Of a DNA stretch of 64,000 nucleotides, positions 11,801 to 24,311 are shown piece after piece (position 1 is the stretch's first letter; every line of letters starts with the position of its first letter). Origin of the DNA: Felis catus. Lineage: Eukaryota. The notes below the pieces were generated by a model. That model worked only from the letters and a program-made list of their open reading frames with translations. It had not been told where the DNA came from and made no database searches. The stretch covers positions 72,356,001-72,420,000 of the forward strand of contig NC_058368.1 in the NCBI RefSeq assembly GCF_018350175.1. Reading direction: 5' to 3'. The position numbers and the translations under genes are program-made.

Positions 11801-14800
11801 AGAGAAATTTTGAATCTGAGGGGACCTAGGCAGGGAAGGTCTGCTACCTATGGTAGCCACCTTTAAGATGTTGAGAAAATACAACCAACGTATATAAGAC
11901 GGTTAAAGTACAATGTAAAAATTAGTTCAATAACTGTCACTATTTTTTACATGGGCTGAAGGAGACTGAACAGGCTTGTTTATAGAAGGCATTAAACGCA
12001 AGTGTAGGTTTCCTAAAAGGGAGAAGATTTAACTGCATGGAGGAGAAGAGAGGGCCTTTTCAAGTGGATGTAAAAGCAAAATTTTGCAGATTAGAAAGCA
12101 CATGGTGAGAAGGCAGGCGAAGTACAGAAGTTTTTTGGGGGGAGTAACACCTGGGAAAAGGGAAGGCAGGAAGCCATCAGACTACTCTGTTGACCTGACA
12201 TTGCTCCATGCTCGTCCATAGGAATCTCTTGTGTAGTGATTGCCCTCCGGAGCAGACTGTGAGGGGCAGAAATAGCTGGGCTTCATAATCTGGCCTTATC
12301 CAGTCAGTGATGGGATATTCCAACAAAAGCATGACTTTCGCTAGAAAGCTGAGGTCATCTCTGAAGAGACCAACAGCTGGTGGCTTTCAGCTGACCATGC
12401 TCCTCCCAGTGGGTCCTTCCTTGAAGAGAGTTCTAAGCAACATTTCTGCATTTCTGCACTCATGACTAAATGCAAAGTGTGAGAAATTATGGAGGTCTGT
12501 GACACAATGTCCTTGACTGTAGGAATGGAATAGGAACCACTTTTGTAATCATGCAAAATATTAGAAATTGTGAGAAATATTCCTTGGGTCTGTCCTCCTT
12601 GTGGATACATGTTCTTGTATCTCAACCCTGGTTTCATTCTTGTTGGCACTTATTAGATGCACACTTTATGTTTTTTGAATGAACAACTGAATGATTGCAA
12701 GCAGTAAATGTTGCTAAAACAAGGGTATGGAATGATCTAATGTTCAAGGTGGATCAAAGAATACTGAGTTACCTATGGACAAGTGGCAGGGAAAGAGGAG
12801 TAGCTGAAATGGAGAATGGAGGACTATGGGACAAATCTCACCTTCTTCATCATTTGACCTAAGACCAATTCTGTTCCAAAAGAAGCAATTGACTTTATGC
12901 ACATATTCCTTATCCATCATTTACTAACATTATCATCTTGGTTTTTTTGCCTGACTTTTGTGAGCAACATGTTTCTACCTCACGAAGTTGTTGTAGGAAT
13001 TAAGTAAGATAAAATATCAATCTTGTCGATTCTCAGAGGCAAATGTTTTTTTCACATTAAAAAGAAAATCTGAAATCAGATCAATGGTAACTGATGGAAC
13101 CTTGCAACTGATGTTGGCCAAGACAATCATGATGATGCATGCATGTTCAAAGCTCTAATCTCAAAGTTTGCAAATGTGGTGTCAGCCTCTTGGAATAAAA
13201 TCCCAGAGATAGTAGCACAGCAATCTTGGAAACCAGATGGGTGTGGTGACCAGGTGTAGACCATGGGGATTCAGATGAGCTTAGCAAGATTCTAGACGTT
13301 GCAACCAAAATTTGGCTAGCTGTACAAATATGCTAATAACTTAGCACCAAAGGGGTTTGATTTCTTTTATAGATTGTTTTAAGTAGAACTGCATAGTCAA
13401 CACTTAATGACACAGAGGATGATATGGTATGAAAAATAGTCATAAAATTCTAAGTTGAATAGTGAATAGTTAGATTTTGCAGAGAAGTTTTAGGAATAAA
13501 TATCTCAACCAATTTGTTTCACTTGTGTTTTCCCTTTTATTTATAGAATACAGAGATATGATAAAAATAAATGCACTTCTACATAATCCTAAAAGATCTC
13601 TTTCAATAAGTATAAAACAGCTAACTGATAAGAACACATGTCACAGTTCAGTTGGCCATATTTTTTTCTTTCTGAATTGCACATGAAACAATGATGAATC
13701 CTAAACGGATGGCATAAAACGTGATTGATACATCATAGGCTCTCAGTGCAAGTGAGCGGACTTGAGATTTCAATTATTTGTTACGTCGCCAATCTTAAAG
13801 AACTTAGTTATTTAAGCCATTGCAATAAAGCTTTGGAAGAACCAACACAATGAAAAATACACAAGCCAAATCATTTAATTAAGACTTTCTTGCTCCATTT
13901 TATAGTTTTGTCATTAACTGAAAGAAGTCTAAGCTACCTCTCTTTCTATCCACAGTTATACCCAATCAATAGTAAATAGTCTTAGGAAGAGAGTTAATTA
14001 ATAATATGATAATTATAAAACCATGAACTCAATTTTCCCATTGTGTTCAATATTCTTTCAGTACACCAGAAACTATTAAAGACATCTAGGTTTTCAGTTG
14101 TTGAATATCAAGCTTCATTTGACTGTACAATGCCAAAGCAACTGATGTAGGGGCAGAATTAACTAAAGGAATAAGTTGCTTGACCATTTCAGCCAGAGCT
14201 TGAAAGGCAAGTGTAATTTATAGTGTTGCTGTAGACAAGGGGAAAGCAGAAAGTGGGAGGAAAAATGGTAACTGAGTTACTCAGACAAGATAATAAGCTG
14301 CTCTCTGTTCAAAAACTGCCTTTATCGTTCTAGTTCTTACTCAGCTACTCAGTTTTTCTTCTTTTTAGTTACTAGCCTCATTTACACCCTCTCCTTTCTC
14401 CTGAAGCAATTTAATTGATATTTACAAGAATTTATCTGCATTGATTACCAGGCTTATACCAAATGAAATGTATAATATTGAAATTCTTCATTGTTCGTGA
14501 GACTACAAAGTTTTGCTGACAATTGTCTTCACAATGAGAAAATGTTTGCAAGTTTCTTAGTCAAACAAATTACATCCGAGTCCACATAGTGCTTTTTTGA
14601 CCCCTATAATTTCAGTTTATAAGTTGCATGTTATTGGGGGGAAATACTCAGCTCTGGTATGGGATCTTGTATCGCTGTTATAATTGCCACAGTGCTTATC
14701 ACTCTCTCAGATGATACACTCAGGACAAGACTTTCTACCCAGGCTCCAGCATGCAACCAGCCAGGCATCTCTCTCCACCTAGATAATCTCCTAGATGATG

Positions 14801-14907
14801 TCCCTTCAGTCTGTTTATTTTTTCCGGATTTATGTAGAATGGGTCCTACTGATGTTGGAATGATAGTGCAAATAATGGAAGCAGTAGTATAATAAAATTA
14901 AAAAAAA

Positions 14908-15121
14908 TTTTTTTTTACCATTTATTTATTTTTGAGAGACAGAGGAAGACAGAGCATGAGCAGGGGAGGGGCAGAGAGAGAGCGAGGCACAAAATCCAAA
15001 ACAGGTTTCAGGCTCAGAGCTGTCAGCACAGAGCCCGACACAGGGCTTGAACTCACAAACCAAGAGATCATGACCTGAGCCAAAGTAGGACTGTTAACCA
15101 ACTGAGCCACCCATGCGTCCC
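14908..15121 (-). mobile_element. Can-SINE (SINEC_Fc)
   Basis: Typical body and T-rich tail. Confidence 0.93.
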
Positions 15122-16589
15122 TGGATAAAAATTTTAAAACGGGGTAACCTGTGGTATACACTGCAGAAAACCCCTGAGTAGTGCTGCAGCGAGGAGGAAA
15201 CCAGGTGGTTCTCGCTACTGAGCAGCTTTGTAAACCAGTCCACGGAGTGCAAAAAGTCTCTGGTACAGAGCGCAAATAAAACTACACGTAAATGAACTAC
15301 TTTTAACTTCTGGAAACTTACGCTGTATAAACCAGCTCTATATAAAACCCCATTTACCAGAAAACTAAGTACTAATTTCCATCATTTCCATCTCTAAGAT
15401 ATGTATATATGTAAGCAGGTATATAAATATAATGTATAAATATTCATATAATACTATGCAGAATTTGTATTATTTATATTTTATTTATAGAATATATTAT
15501 TATATTATGTAAATATAAAATTTATATAATAACATATATTTGCTTATATGTATACATACATACATACATATTCCTAGTCCTCTTTATACCTGGGAGGTTT
15601 TGGACAAATATAGAAAGAAAATACAGTCACAGAAATTTAGAATTGAAGAAAACCAACATTCCCTTCAACCATGACATTTTGGAAACTGAAATTCACCTGG
15701 CTAAGGAAACCAGTCAAGATCAGGAACTTTTGGATGAAAATGTCAGCATCACAAACCCTTCTCTGAACAAAATAGTCCAGTGTTCTACTTGTCCACTCCC
15801 GATTATAACCTTCTAGTTATTATTAATTGATTAACAGCTAAGCATGGCTTGAAGAATTAAGAGTTTATTCATTGGGATTAAATACTATTGAAGAGAGAAA
15901 TCCCTTTTCCTCTGAAGTCAATGAAAACAACTTTCTAGATGTTTTTCTTTCCCCTAAAATTTCCCTTCAGCATCAACTAGAACTGCAAAAATACTCAGAA
16001 GACTGAAAGATTATTTCTTATCCCAAAGGTTCCTAATATTTCCAGGTGTTTTTACTACGTGGGAGGAAAAAAAAATGCCTCTGGTTCTGCACTAATGTCT
16101 GGAAAAGATGTTAACTAAACACCTTTTTGTTCCACAGCTCTGCCCTGGCTGAAAAGTTCTTTTTTCTTGGAAATTTAAACTTATTTTTATTGCTGCCCGG
16201 GAATACTTAGCCTTCCTGAAAGCTTTGGTGTGCCTTTTACCATTCGAAAACCTGGAAGCCTCTTTTGGCTGAAAACACTATCCAAGTGGGTTTTGAGTAA
16301 AAATAATTATTTTTCACTTCAAATTTGACTCTAAGGGATTGAACTATTAGCTTGCCACACATGTATGGAGAGCTCAGTAGGAGCTGTTCATTTTCTGACT
16401 CTAGATTAGCATTCTTGATTTTTTTTCATGACACATATAATTTTCTTGCTGATTTTTATATTTTAGTTGCCTAAACTCATCTCTTAACATATTAATTCTT
16501 TCCTTTCGTTAAACTTGAAATTCACTCCTTTAGTTCAAATTGTTTAATTTAATCAAGGTGTATTAAACTTTTAAAACTCACGAATTCAT

Positions 16590-16830
16590 GGGGTGACTGG
16601 GTGGCTCGGTTAGGCGTCCAATTCTTGATTTCAGCTCAGATCATGATCTCACGGTTCATGAGTTCAAGCCCCACATGGAGCTCTGCACTGACATTGTGGA
16701 GCCTTCTTGGGATTCTCTCTCTCCCTCTCTCTCTGCCCCTCCCCAGTTTGTGCTCTTTCTCTCTCTCTCAAAATAAATAAATAACTCTAAAATAAAATAA
16801 AATATAAAATAAAATAAAACGAAATAAAAC
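16590..16830 (+). mobile_element. Can-SINE (SINEC)
   Basis: Typical body, (AAAAT)n tail. Confidence 0.93.
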
Positions 16831-16839
16831 AAAACTTAT

Positions 16840-17900
16840 TCATTCATTCAATCATTTTCTAAGCAAATATTTGTTAAGATTCTACTCTGTACCAGGAACT
16901 GGAGTTATAGCAAAGGACAAGAGAGCAAAGATCCTCATTCTTATGGAAATTGCATTTAAACAGGGAGCAGTAGGGGTGCCTGGGTGGCTCAGTTGGTTAA
17001 GCATCTGACTTTGGATCAGGTCACGATCTCACGGTTCATGGGTTCAAGCCCCACATGGGACTCTTTGTTGACAGCTCAGAGCCTGGAGCTTGCTTCAGAT
17101 TATATATATCTCTCTCTGCCCCTCCCCTGCTCACACACACTCTCTCTCACAAAAATAAATAAACATTTAAAAAAGTTTTAATGGGGGTATAGTAGCTTTT
17201 ACATGGTGGATAAATAAATGGAAAAGCGTAATGTTAGACTCTGCCAAGAAAATAAAACAGAACAGAGTGCTTGGTCAGGGAGAGCAGGTGTAAGGGTATC
17301 AAGATTGTTGCAAGTGGGAATTAGGAGACTGTCTTGTATCTGAGTGATCAGCCTGAGTGAAGGCTGTTCCAGAAGCATCTGGCAACTCCCAGTGAGGGGG
17401 CAGCTGTGAACTATCAGCTGAGGATACTGAATCAGCGAGGGATGGGTGCATGGATCCTGGAGAGGGCACCTGGGTTGAGCATCCACTATGGAGATAGTCA
17501 GAGTCCAAACATAAAGTGTCTTGTGTGAAATTATTGAGTGCTTAAGCTTTGTGCTGTAAACAATGGAGAACCATTAAAATATTTTTCAATAAGAAATAGA
17601 GGTGATAAAATTTGTATGTTAGAAGAATCTCCTAAGGGCATTGGCTAAGGGTAGACACAAAAGGATGAGACTGGAGAGGCCAGCTGGGAGGCTATGGCCA
17701 CGTTATACAAGATAAAACAAAAATAAAGGTAAAGATGTTGAAGGAGGAGGTTAGATTACTAAGAAGCAGAATCAACACGATTCAGGGGCTTACTGGATAA
17801 TCCACATGAATTGTAGAGAGGAATCAAAGTAACTCTCTGAACTATGGCTATAGGAATTAGGTAAAAACTGGTATAATTAATAAACCTAGGCACATATGAA
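16840..17900 (-). mobile_element. L2 remnant
   Basis: cattcattcaa...aaatatttgtt...ctactctgtaccagg and downstream purine-rich L2-like text. Confidence 0.7.
16973..17175 (+). mobile_element. Can-SINE (SINEC_Fc), inside an L2 remnant
   Basis: Typical body and tail. Confidence 0.93.
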
Positions 17901-18149
17901 AAGGACCTGGTGTTATTCAGATTCATGTTGTACCTGTCTGATGGCAGGAGTTCACAAATGTCATCTGACAGCTGATCCAGAGTCCACTATATCCTCAGCA
18001 TCATTGCTGACTCATAGATCTAGTTCACATGTTTTGCGTCTTTTAATTTGTGTATACCTCCCATAGGTATTGAGCGTATAACATGTCTTGGGCACAGTTT
18101 TCGGTGCTGGCAGAAAAGGTATGGAAAACCCCAGTTTTCCCTAGTAAAC

Positions 18150-18612
18150 TAACTGATGGGATCTGTCATAATATTTTTGTGAACAAAACAAAGACATGGG
18201 CTGATTCCAGACAACTCAATACACTAACAAGAGGTTAGATTGCCTGTCCAAATAGATGTCAGTTAGGGCACTGCTATCGTCTTGAAGAAAGGTCTCACCT
18301 ACGTTTGGTCCTTCACCCATTTTTTTCAACTACGTTAGTAATTATGTGGATGAAGATGGGGGAAGTATGCTCATCATACTTACTTTTAAAAGGGTGAGCG
18401 AAATATGAAAACAGCAGCCATAATGACTTTGGATAAAATCTCCATGAAAGAGCTAAGCCCAGGTAAAATTTAATAAAGTAAACAACTTATATTTGGAAGA
18501 AAATACACTTGTACAAGCACATGATTGGAATGATGAGATAGTGAAGAAGTTAATCTTCAGTTCATTAGTAGAAATATAGCATATGAAGTAAGGATGTTGA
18601 AAGCACCAATCT
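18150..18612 (+). mobile_element. CR1/L3 LINE remnant (continues after the LTR)
   Basis: ttcaac...aattatgtggatgaagat....agtatgctcatca resembles the CR1 RT region. Confidence 0.55.
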
Positions 18613-18617
18613 GTTCC

Positions 18618-19014
18618 TGTTGGAAAAGGTCATGGAGAGGACATGACTGCCGGTAGACCCACAAGCCGGGTGCATAAAATCAAATGCTTGTCACCCCCTC
18701 TCCTGTCCTTGGAATGTACGTTTTGTCCACTGTTCCCACAGTAGGAATCGTTTTCAAGGACACAGACTCGAGAGAGCAATGTGTTGGTGAGACCATCTGG
18801 ATGGCATATGTGACTGAACACAGTTAAGGCCTCTGTATAAACACTTAAGATTGTGGCAGGTGGGTGTGGAGTTCTACTTGTCCCGTGGCTCCCCAAGATA
18901 AGCCTTGTAAGTAAGTTCTTTTGCTTATCACACCTGCCACCTGCCAACGTGGAGTGGCCTTCTTCTTTGTCTCTCCTTGCTCTCTGTGTTTGGGGGCCGT
19001 TTTATGAAACAGAA
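18618..19014 (+). mobile_element. Solo ERV LTR (about 397 bp, probably carnivore-specific)
   Basis: Starts TG; 5-bp TSD gttcc 18613-18617 / 19015-19019; TATAAA at 18836; interrupts a CR1/L3-like relic. Terminal CA is degenerate. Confidence 0.75.
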
Positions 19015-19280
19015 GTTCCGCACACGTCAGACTACACCTACTTTATGGTCACACTTTACAGAAGCATCCACACCAGATACAGTAAAAGCACTCAGGAAAT
19101 CAGGCTATGGAGGGCTTGAAGTTGTAACATGGGAGGAAGAGGTGATGGAAGCGAGAATGTTGATCTTGAGAAGCGTAGAATTATTTGGGGTGTATGTAGA
19201 CAGGTGGTGGGACTTCAGAACACACACATTAGATCTTAAACTGTTTTGTAGCAAGGCTTATGGCCAGGATGTTATTTTGT

Positions 19281-19499
19281 AAAAAATTTTTAATGTTTAC
19301 GTATTTTTGAAGGAGACAGAGCATGAGCAGGGGTGGGGGGAGCTGGCAGAGAGAGAGAGGGAGACACAGAATCTGAAACAGGCTCCAGGCTCTGAGCTGT
19401 CAGCACAGAGCCCAACTCGGGGCTCGAACCCACAAACCGTGAGCTCATGACCCGAGCCAAAGTCAGACTCTTAACAGACCGAGCCATATAGGCACCCCC
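19281..19499 (-). mobile_element. Can-SINE (SINEC_Fc)
   Basis: TSD aggat(g/a)ttatttt. Confidence 0.94.
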
Positions 19500-20096
19500 T
19501 AGGATATTATTTTAAATGACCTCTTGGAGTAGATTTGAAAGCAAAGGTTGAGAACTTCAGAGCTGAAATCAGAAGGAGATGCGTTCCCTTTAACTTTTGT
19601 TTTCTTCTGAGTCTATCCGATCATTTGCCACGTGTTGTACATCATCAAAAAATTAATTTTGAACCATCCTGTCTTTAAAAAAATGCTTGAACCCTGAGAT
19701 TCTATGATTTTGTGACCTGAGGACTCAAGGACTCTGTTCAAGGACTAATACATTTTCAGTCCCTTTGAACTGGGTTCCAGGTGCAAGGAGTTCTCCCAGC
19801 ATCCAACTCAGGCACCCTCCACTGTGCATCCAAACCACCGCTTTTCCCCTAGCACTGCCCCAAGTTCTGCAAGGTCAGCGAGAAACTCAAGGCCCTGCAG
19901 GCAGGAATTGGGCAATACATCTGCCCTCATTAGGATGGATATTGTTGAGGTTTCTGCAAACAGGGAGAAGGGAAAAGTAGACATTTCCAAGGCATTTATA
20001 ACTTCAGCAGAAAAAAACACAAGTTTACTAGAGGGAGAAATTTTTAAGTTATTCTTTTTATTTCGCCAGAGTTTCTGTGGGCCCAAGGTTTTCTAC

Positions 20097-20485
20097 TGAG
20101 TCACTAAGGCAGCCACGATGTAACTATTTCAACTTGCTGGGAGTATTATTTCTGAGTCACAGTAATATAATGATCTGAACATTTAAATGCTTTCTGTCAC
20201 CTAGCACCTCCGATCTTCATGGCTGCACACTCTTAACGATGATATTCCTCACTGCACACCACACTGTATGAAAATACCACAGGGTAAAAGAATTGCCCTA
20301 ATTCATGAACGAAACGTTCAAACATCAGGTCCGTATTTCACAGTGATTCTTCTTTTCCCTCTCAGAAAAGACGCAGAAAGTAACACATGACTCATTTGTT
20401 ACAAGTTCCATGTTTTCACTGCAAATTCCTAGTCAGGCTTTGGAATTGATGCTTCTCTTCTACTCTTCCCATATTCTCTGAGTCA
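20097..20485. promoter_or_regulatory. Candidate AP-1/RUNX enhancer upstream of ITGBL1
   Basis: TGA(G/C)TCA at 20097, 20153, 20388 and 20479; ACCACA at 20258 and 20276. Confidence 0.6.
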
Positions 20486-20689
20486 CCAAGGTTTTTAGAT
20501 GTTGGCAGGAGAGCCTGTTCCTACATCCTCATAGTGTTCCACGTGGCTGAGAGGGGATACAACTCTGGAAGTGGAACCAGGAGTGAGTGTAAATCCACCC
20601 TTAGATCTAGCATCCGTGGCCCCAGCCCTGGGCCCTGAGCTTGGCAAGCCTTCTCAGATAAATTTCTCAGAATATTTTTAAAGGCACCC

Positions 20690-20790
20690 TGTGATTCAGT
20701 AGGTCTGGGGTTGGGCCTGAGAACTTGCATTTCTAACAAGTTCCCAGGTGCTGCCGATGCTGCTGGTTCACAGATCATACTTTGAGAATG
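20690..20790. mobile_element. MER5A-type hAT-Charlie MITE fragment
   Basis: gattcagtaggtctgggg.tgggcctgagaa.ttgcatttctaacaagttcccaggtg.tgc.gatgctgctggt. Confidence 0.9.
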
Positions 20791-21714
20791 GCTTGTTTAG
20801 TGACTCCTTCCAAAGGAAGGATTTTTAGTGTCTCTTGTTTAGTGTCTCTCCTCCAAATGCAACCCTTCACCCCCCACCCCCAGGATGAGCAGTTCATGTG
20901 ACCCAGGGAACTTACCAACCTATAGCCTATGTCACTCCCTCTTAACCACACTCTTAGTACCCAGGACTCCAGAATTCCCTGTCTAGACCACTTTCTGACC
21001 CATGTACACCCTTCCCCAGTGCGTCCTCCTGATGGCAGATCCCCTCACCAGTGTGCACGTGCCTGGGCTTAAGGGTTGACAAAGGGTCAGCCATTTGGAG
21101 AAGGCTTAGCTGTGTGGGTTACTGTTGTGGCCCAGACCCCTCCTGGTGAGAGAGAGATTGGGGAGACAGGAGAAAAGGGGTAAGCTCTCAATGGGGGAAC
21201 TTCTTTGCCTTCTTGCCTCAGAAAGCAAATGCTGGGGGTAGTCTTATGTCTGTTCATGTAAATAACAGGGAGATATCCCATCCTATTACAGCTTATCTGG
21301 ATGTTGAGGCCACACAACAGTAGCTTGGATGGTTCTAGTTGGTGAGGAGCCACTGCCTCTGAAGTGCTCTGCTTAGACCTAAGAAAGAACATTTTCTACC
21401 CTTTCATGCCACCCTCCACTACATTCCCCAGTTGACCACACAGTGTAGAGGACAGTGTATGGGCTTTGAGTTCCCAGATTTCAGCTGGAGCCCCCACTAT
21501 AACTTCCTGTAGGAATCTGAGCAAGTCAGTCACGTTTTGAGCAAGAGGTCATTTTTTGCTCTCGGTTTCTTGAGCTTGATTATGGTGATAAGAACGCTTC
21601 TCTCCCTCTTCCACCCCTTCCCCATTCCCACCCAATTTTCTTCTCTTCAGCCCTCATCCTTTAGCTCAAATTCCACCATCTTGATTAGGTCAGGCACCTC
21701 CAGCTACTCTGGAG

Positions 21715-21975
21715 GGAACTGCACTCTTTTTTTCATTGCACTTTGTCTTTTATATTTGCTTTTGTTTGATTAATGTCCACTGGCCCACTGGATTCCAAGC
21801 ACAGGGATCATGCCTCTTTAATTCTCTAGTTGTGTCCGTTCCATCTGGCACGGAGCCTGGTACCTGATACATGCTGAACCTGGGCTTGCCAAATGAGTAT
21901 AGGAATGAGTGGTTATTGTTGACATTGGAGATAAAATATACTAAGGGACTGGCGCATAGTAGGTGCTTCATAAGT
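21715..21975 (+). mobile_element. L2 3' end followed by a MIR tail fragment
   Basis: cactggattccaagcacaggga...ctggcacggagcctggtac...aatgagt. Confidence 0.65.
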
Positions 21976-22259
21976 GACACTGATGATATTTCAGTGCAGT
22001 TGATGCCAGAATCTCACATTTTATTTTTTTTCTTCCTACTTGGTGCAGGGGGGGAGGGGGGGAAATGGGGTGAATTTGGGACGACTAAGATCTGAACCGT
22101 CCAAGACAAGAAAAAATGTGGTGTGATAAGCTACTGGCCCAAACACCCAGAATCATGACATACTTGTTAAAGGCTTAAGAAATGAAAAACCCATCACTTA
22201 AAACAAAGAGTAAAAAGTACAAGAAAAAGTTATATTCGTCCATTGCGCTGGCCCCCTAG

Positions 22260-22839
22260 AACTCATACCCCAAATAACACACCTTCTGAAAAAGCCCTTG
22301 GGGGAAATAATTCCCTACTAAGTGCTCACGCTGACGTCACTAGCCCTCCCCTTCCCCCCTTTCACATCTAAGGGACTATTTTATCTGTGCCTTGAATACC
22401 AACCAGCCCAAATACCCCGCATCTCTGGGCCTGCACTGAAGAAAGAAATGATTTTCCTAAATCTGTGACAGGACAGGTTTTTTTTTTTTTTTTTTTTAAT
22501 GTCAAAATAAACCATCTGCTTGTACAACTGTTTCTAATTACTCCTCTGCCTAGACTCCGCACTTGAGGGGTTTGGTACCAGCACCCCGCCCAGAGCGGTG
22601 CCGCTGCCCAAATCCTCACAGGCAGGCAGCTCATCAAGGCACTCGCCCCTCCTGGTAGAGGCCCGACCCGCGCGTCCCGGTGTCTGGTGTCTGTGTGTCC
22701 GTCTGCGGGACGGTCTGCGCCGGTGGCACCTCTCCCCACCCCCCGCCCCCCGCCCCGAGCGCCTCCCCCCCAGCCCCCCACACACCGGGAGCCCCACCCT
22801 GCAGGAGCGCAGCTCGTCCGCACAGTCCCTGAGCTCAGC
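22260..22839 (+). promoter_or_regulatory. ITGBL1: ITGBL1 proximal promoter and 5' UTR
   Basis: GC/CpG-rich stretch upstream of the ATG; palindromic CRE TGACGTCA 22332-22339, GC box ccccgccc near 22584, T20 tract 22478-22497, C-rich tract 22731-22800. TSS not determinable. Confidence 0.75.
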
Positions 22840-22937
22840 ATGCGTCCTGCAGCCATCAGGAACTTCTTGCTGCTGGCCTCCTCCCTTCTCTTCGCGGGGC
22901 TGTCAGCTGTTCCTCAGAGCTTCTCGCCATCTCTGAG
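22840..22937 (+). CDS. ITGBL1: Integrin beta-like protein 1, coding exon 1 (signal peptide)
   Basis: ATG at 22840 encodes MRPAAIRNFLLLASSLLFAGLSAVPQSFSPSL(R), matching the recalled mammalian ITGBL1 N-terminus; 98 coding nt, ends AG|GTAAGT (phase 2). Confidence 0.97.
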
Positions 22938-23486
22938 GTAAGTTTGGTTTGTTGTTCTTTGAGACCGACCTGCCTTGCTTTGTGTGGCAGGGCTTCGAGT
23001 TTGCAGGATGGCTGCCCAAAGCCAAGAGCAGTTAGAAAGTTGGCCACGGGGTAAACTCTTTCCAACCTGTTCTTATTCCTTATATGTCTGCACTGTGTGT
23101 TGCTTCCCGTCTGTCCTTTTACTTTTGCTTCGGAAAAATACAGTGAATAAATATAGATATATAATCTCCTCCTAGTTTAGTACATAGCAGGAGGAACTTC
23201 TGCCGTGAGATTGAGGAAATCCTGTGTACCTACCTGTGTGTGCTCATAGCCTATAAGGCAGAATTATTTCACAGGGTCTGCATTACATTATTGTATTGCC
23301 TTTTGAAAGGGTCTTTGAGGCACATGATAATAACTAAACTTTTTTAAAGTTTATAAGCACTGCTTAATGCAACTAGGAAAATATTATGTCCTACACTATC
23401 ATAACATCTATAGCTCTTCCTCCATATCCCTCTCTTCTTTTTCATAAAAGGCTGCTCCTGGCCATCAGATAGCAATGGGACTTTTT

Positions 23487-23528
23487 CTTTTATTTATTTA
23501 TTACAATTTCTTTTAATGTTTATGTATT

Positions 23529-23560
<32 letters not shown>

Positions 23561-23723
23561 CAAGTGGGGAGAGGCAGAGAGAGCCAGAGACACAGAATCT
23601 GAAGCCGGCTCCAGGCTCTGAACTGTCAGCACAGAGCCGGGTGAGGGTTCCAACCCACAAGCGGTGAGATCATGACCTGAGCTGAAGTCTGACACTTAAC
23701 CCACTGCGCCACCCAGGTGTCCC
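23487..23723 (-). mobile_element. Can-SINE (SINEC_Fc), antisense in ITGBL1 intron 1
   Basis: TSD agcaatgggacttttt 23471-23486 / 23724-23739. Confidence 0.96.
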
Positions 23724-24093
23724 AGCAATGGGACTTTTTAAAGTGTACTGAAAAGTCAGCCAAATGTCATGCTTTGCATTCATTTGCATTTAATCAAAAT
23801 GTGCATATAAGATTCTGTGCCAAGCCATCAAGAGGCAGGGCTGGACCACCTCTGTCCACTTGGAAGGCGGTCCTATTCCTAGGTGTGCAGGTTACCCCTC
23901 AACGTTTGGGTCATTCTCTTGTGATGGCCCATGGCTGGTGCTCGCTTGGCCCCGGAGAAATGTGGAACCTCAGACTTCCTTTCTGTGAAGTTGAACGTCG
24001 CCAAAAGGGTGGTTGGGGGGAACGTGGGCTCAGAGCAGAAGGGGCTGTGTCTGCTCTTGACCATGGCCCTGCTGTGGTTTGTCGCCCTTGCAG

Positions 24094-24311
24094 AATTGGG
24101 CCGGGTACCGCGTGCAGGCTGTCCCGGGCCGAATCGGAGCGCCGGTGCCGCGCGCCCGGGCAGCCCCCAGGGGGCGCTCTGTGCCATGGCCGCGGCCGGT
24201 GCGACTGCGGGGTCTGCATCTGTCACGTGAGCGAGCCCGGCGTGTTCTTCGGGCCCCTGTGCGAGTGCCACGAGTGGGTGTGCGAGACGTACGACGGGAG
24301 CACTTGCGCAG
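24094..24311 (+). CDS. ITGBL1: Integrin beta-like protein 1, coding exon 2 (first integrin-type EGF-like cysteine repeats)
   Basis: Acceptor cccttgcAG at 24093, donor G|GTAAGG at 24312; 218 nt, in frame with exon 1; encodes ...[67 protein letters not shown](G). Exon 3 is not in the window. Confidence 0.97.

Noticed and set aside
15395..15575. AT-rich (TA)-like stretch; similar 8-bp tataacta-type run at 51175-51230
   Set aside because: Ordinary low-complexity sequence.
22687..22839. N-terminal extension of ITGBL1 from an upstream GTG
   Set aside because: No in-frame AUG; Pro-rich text from a C-rich UTR; it would bury the signal peptide.
24094..24103. RIGP here versus recalled human RSWP as a compensated frameshift
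   Set aside because: Frame and exon length are intact, and this linker varies between mammals as far as I recall.
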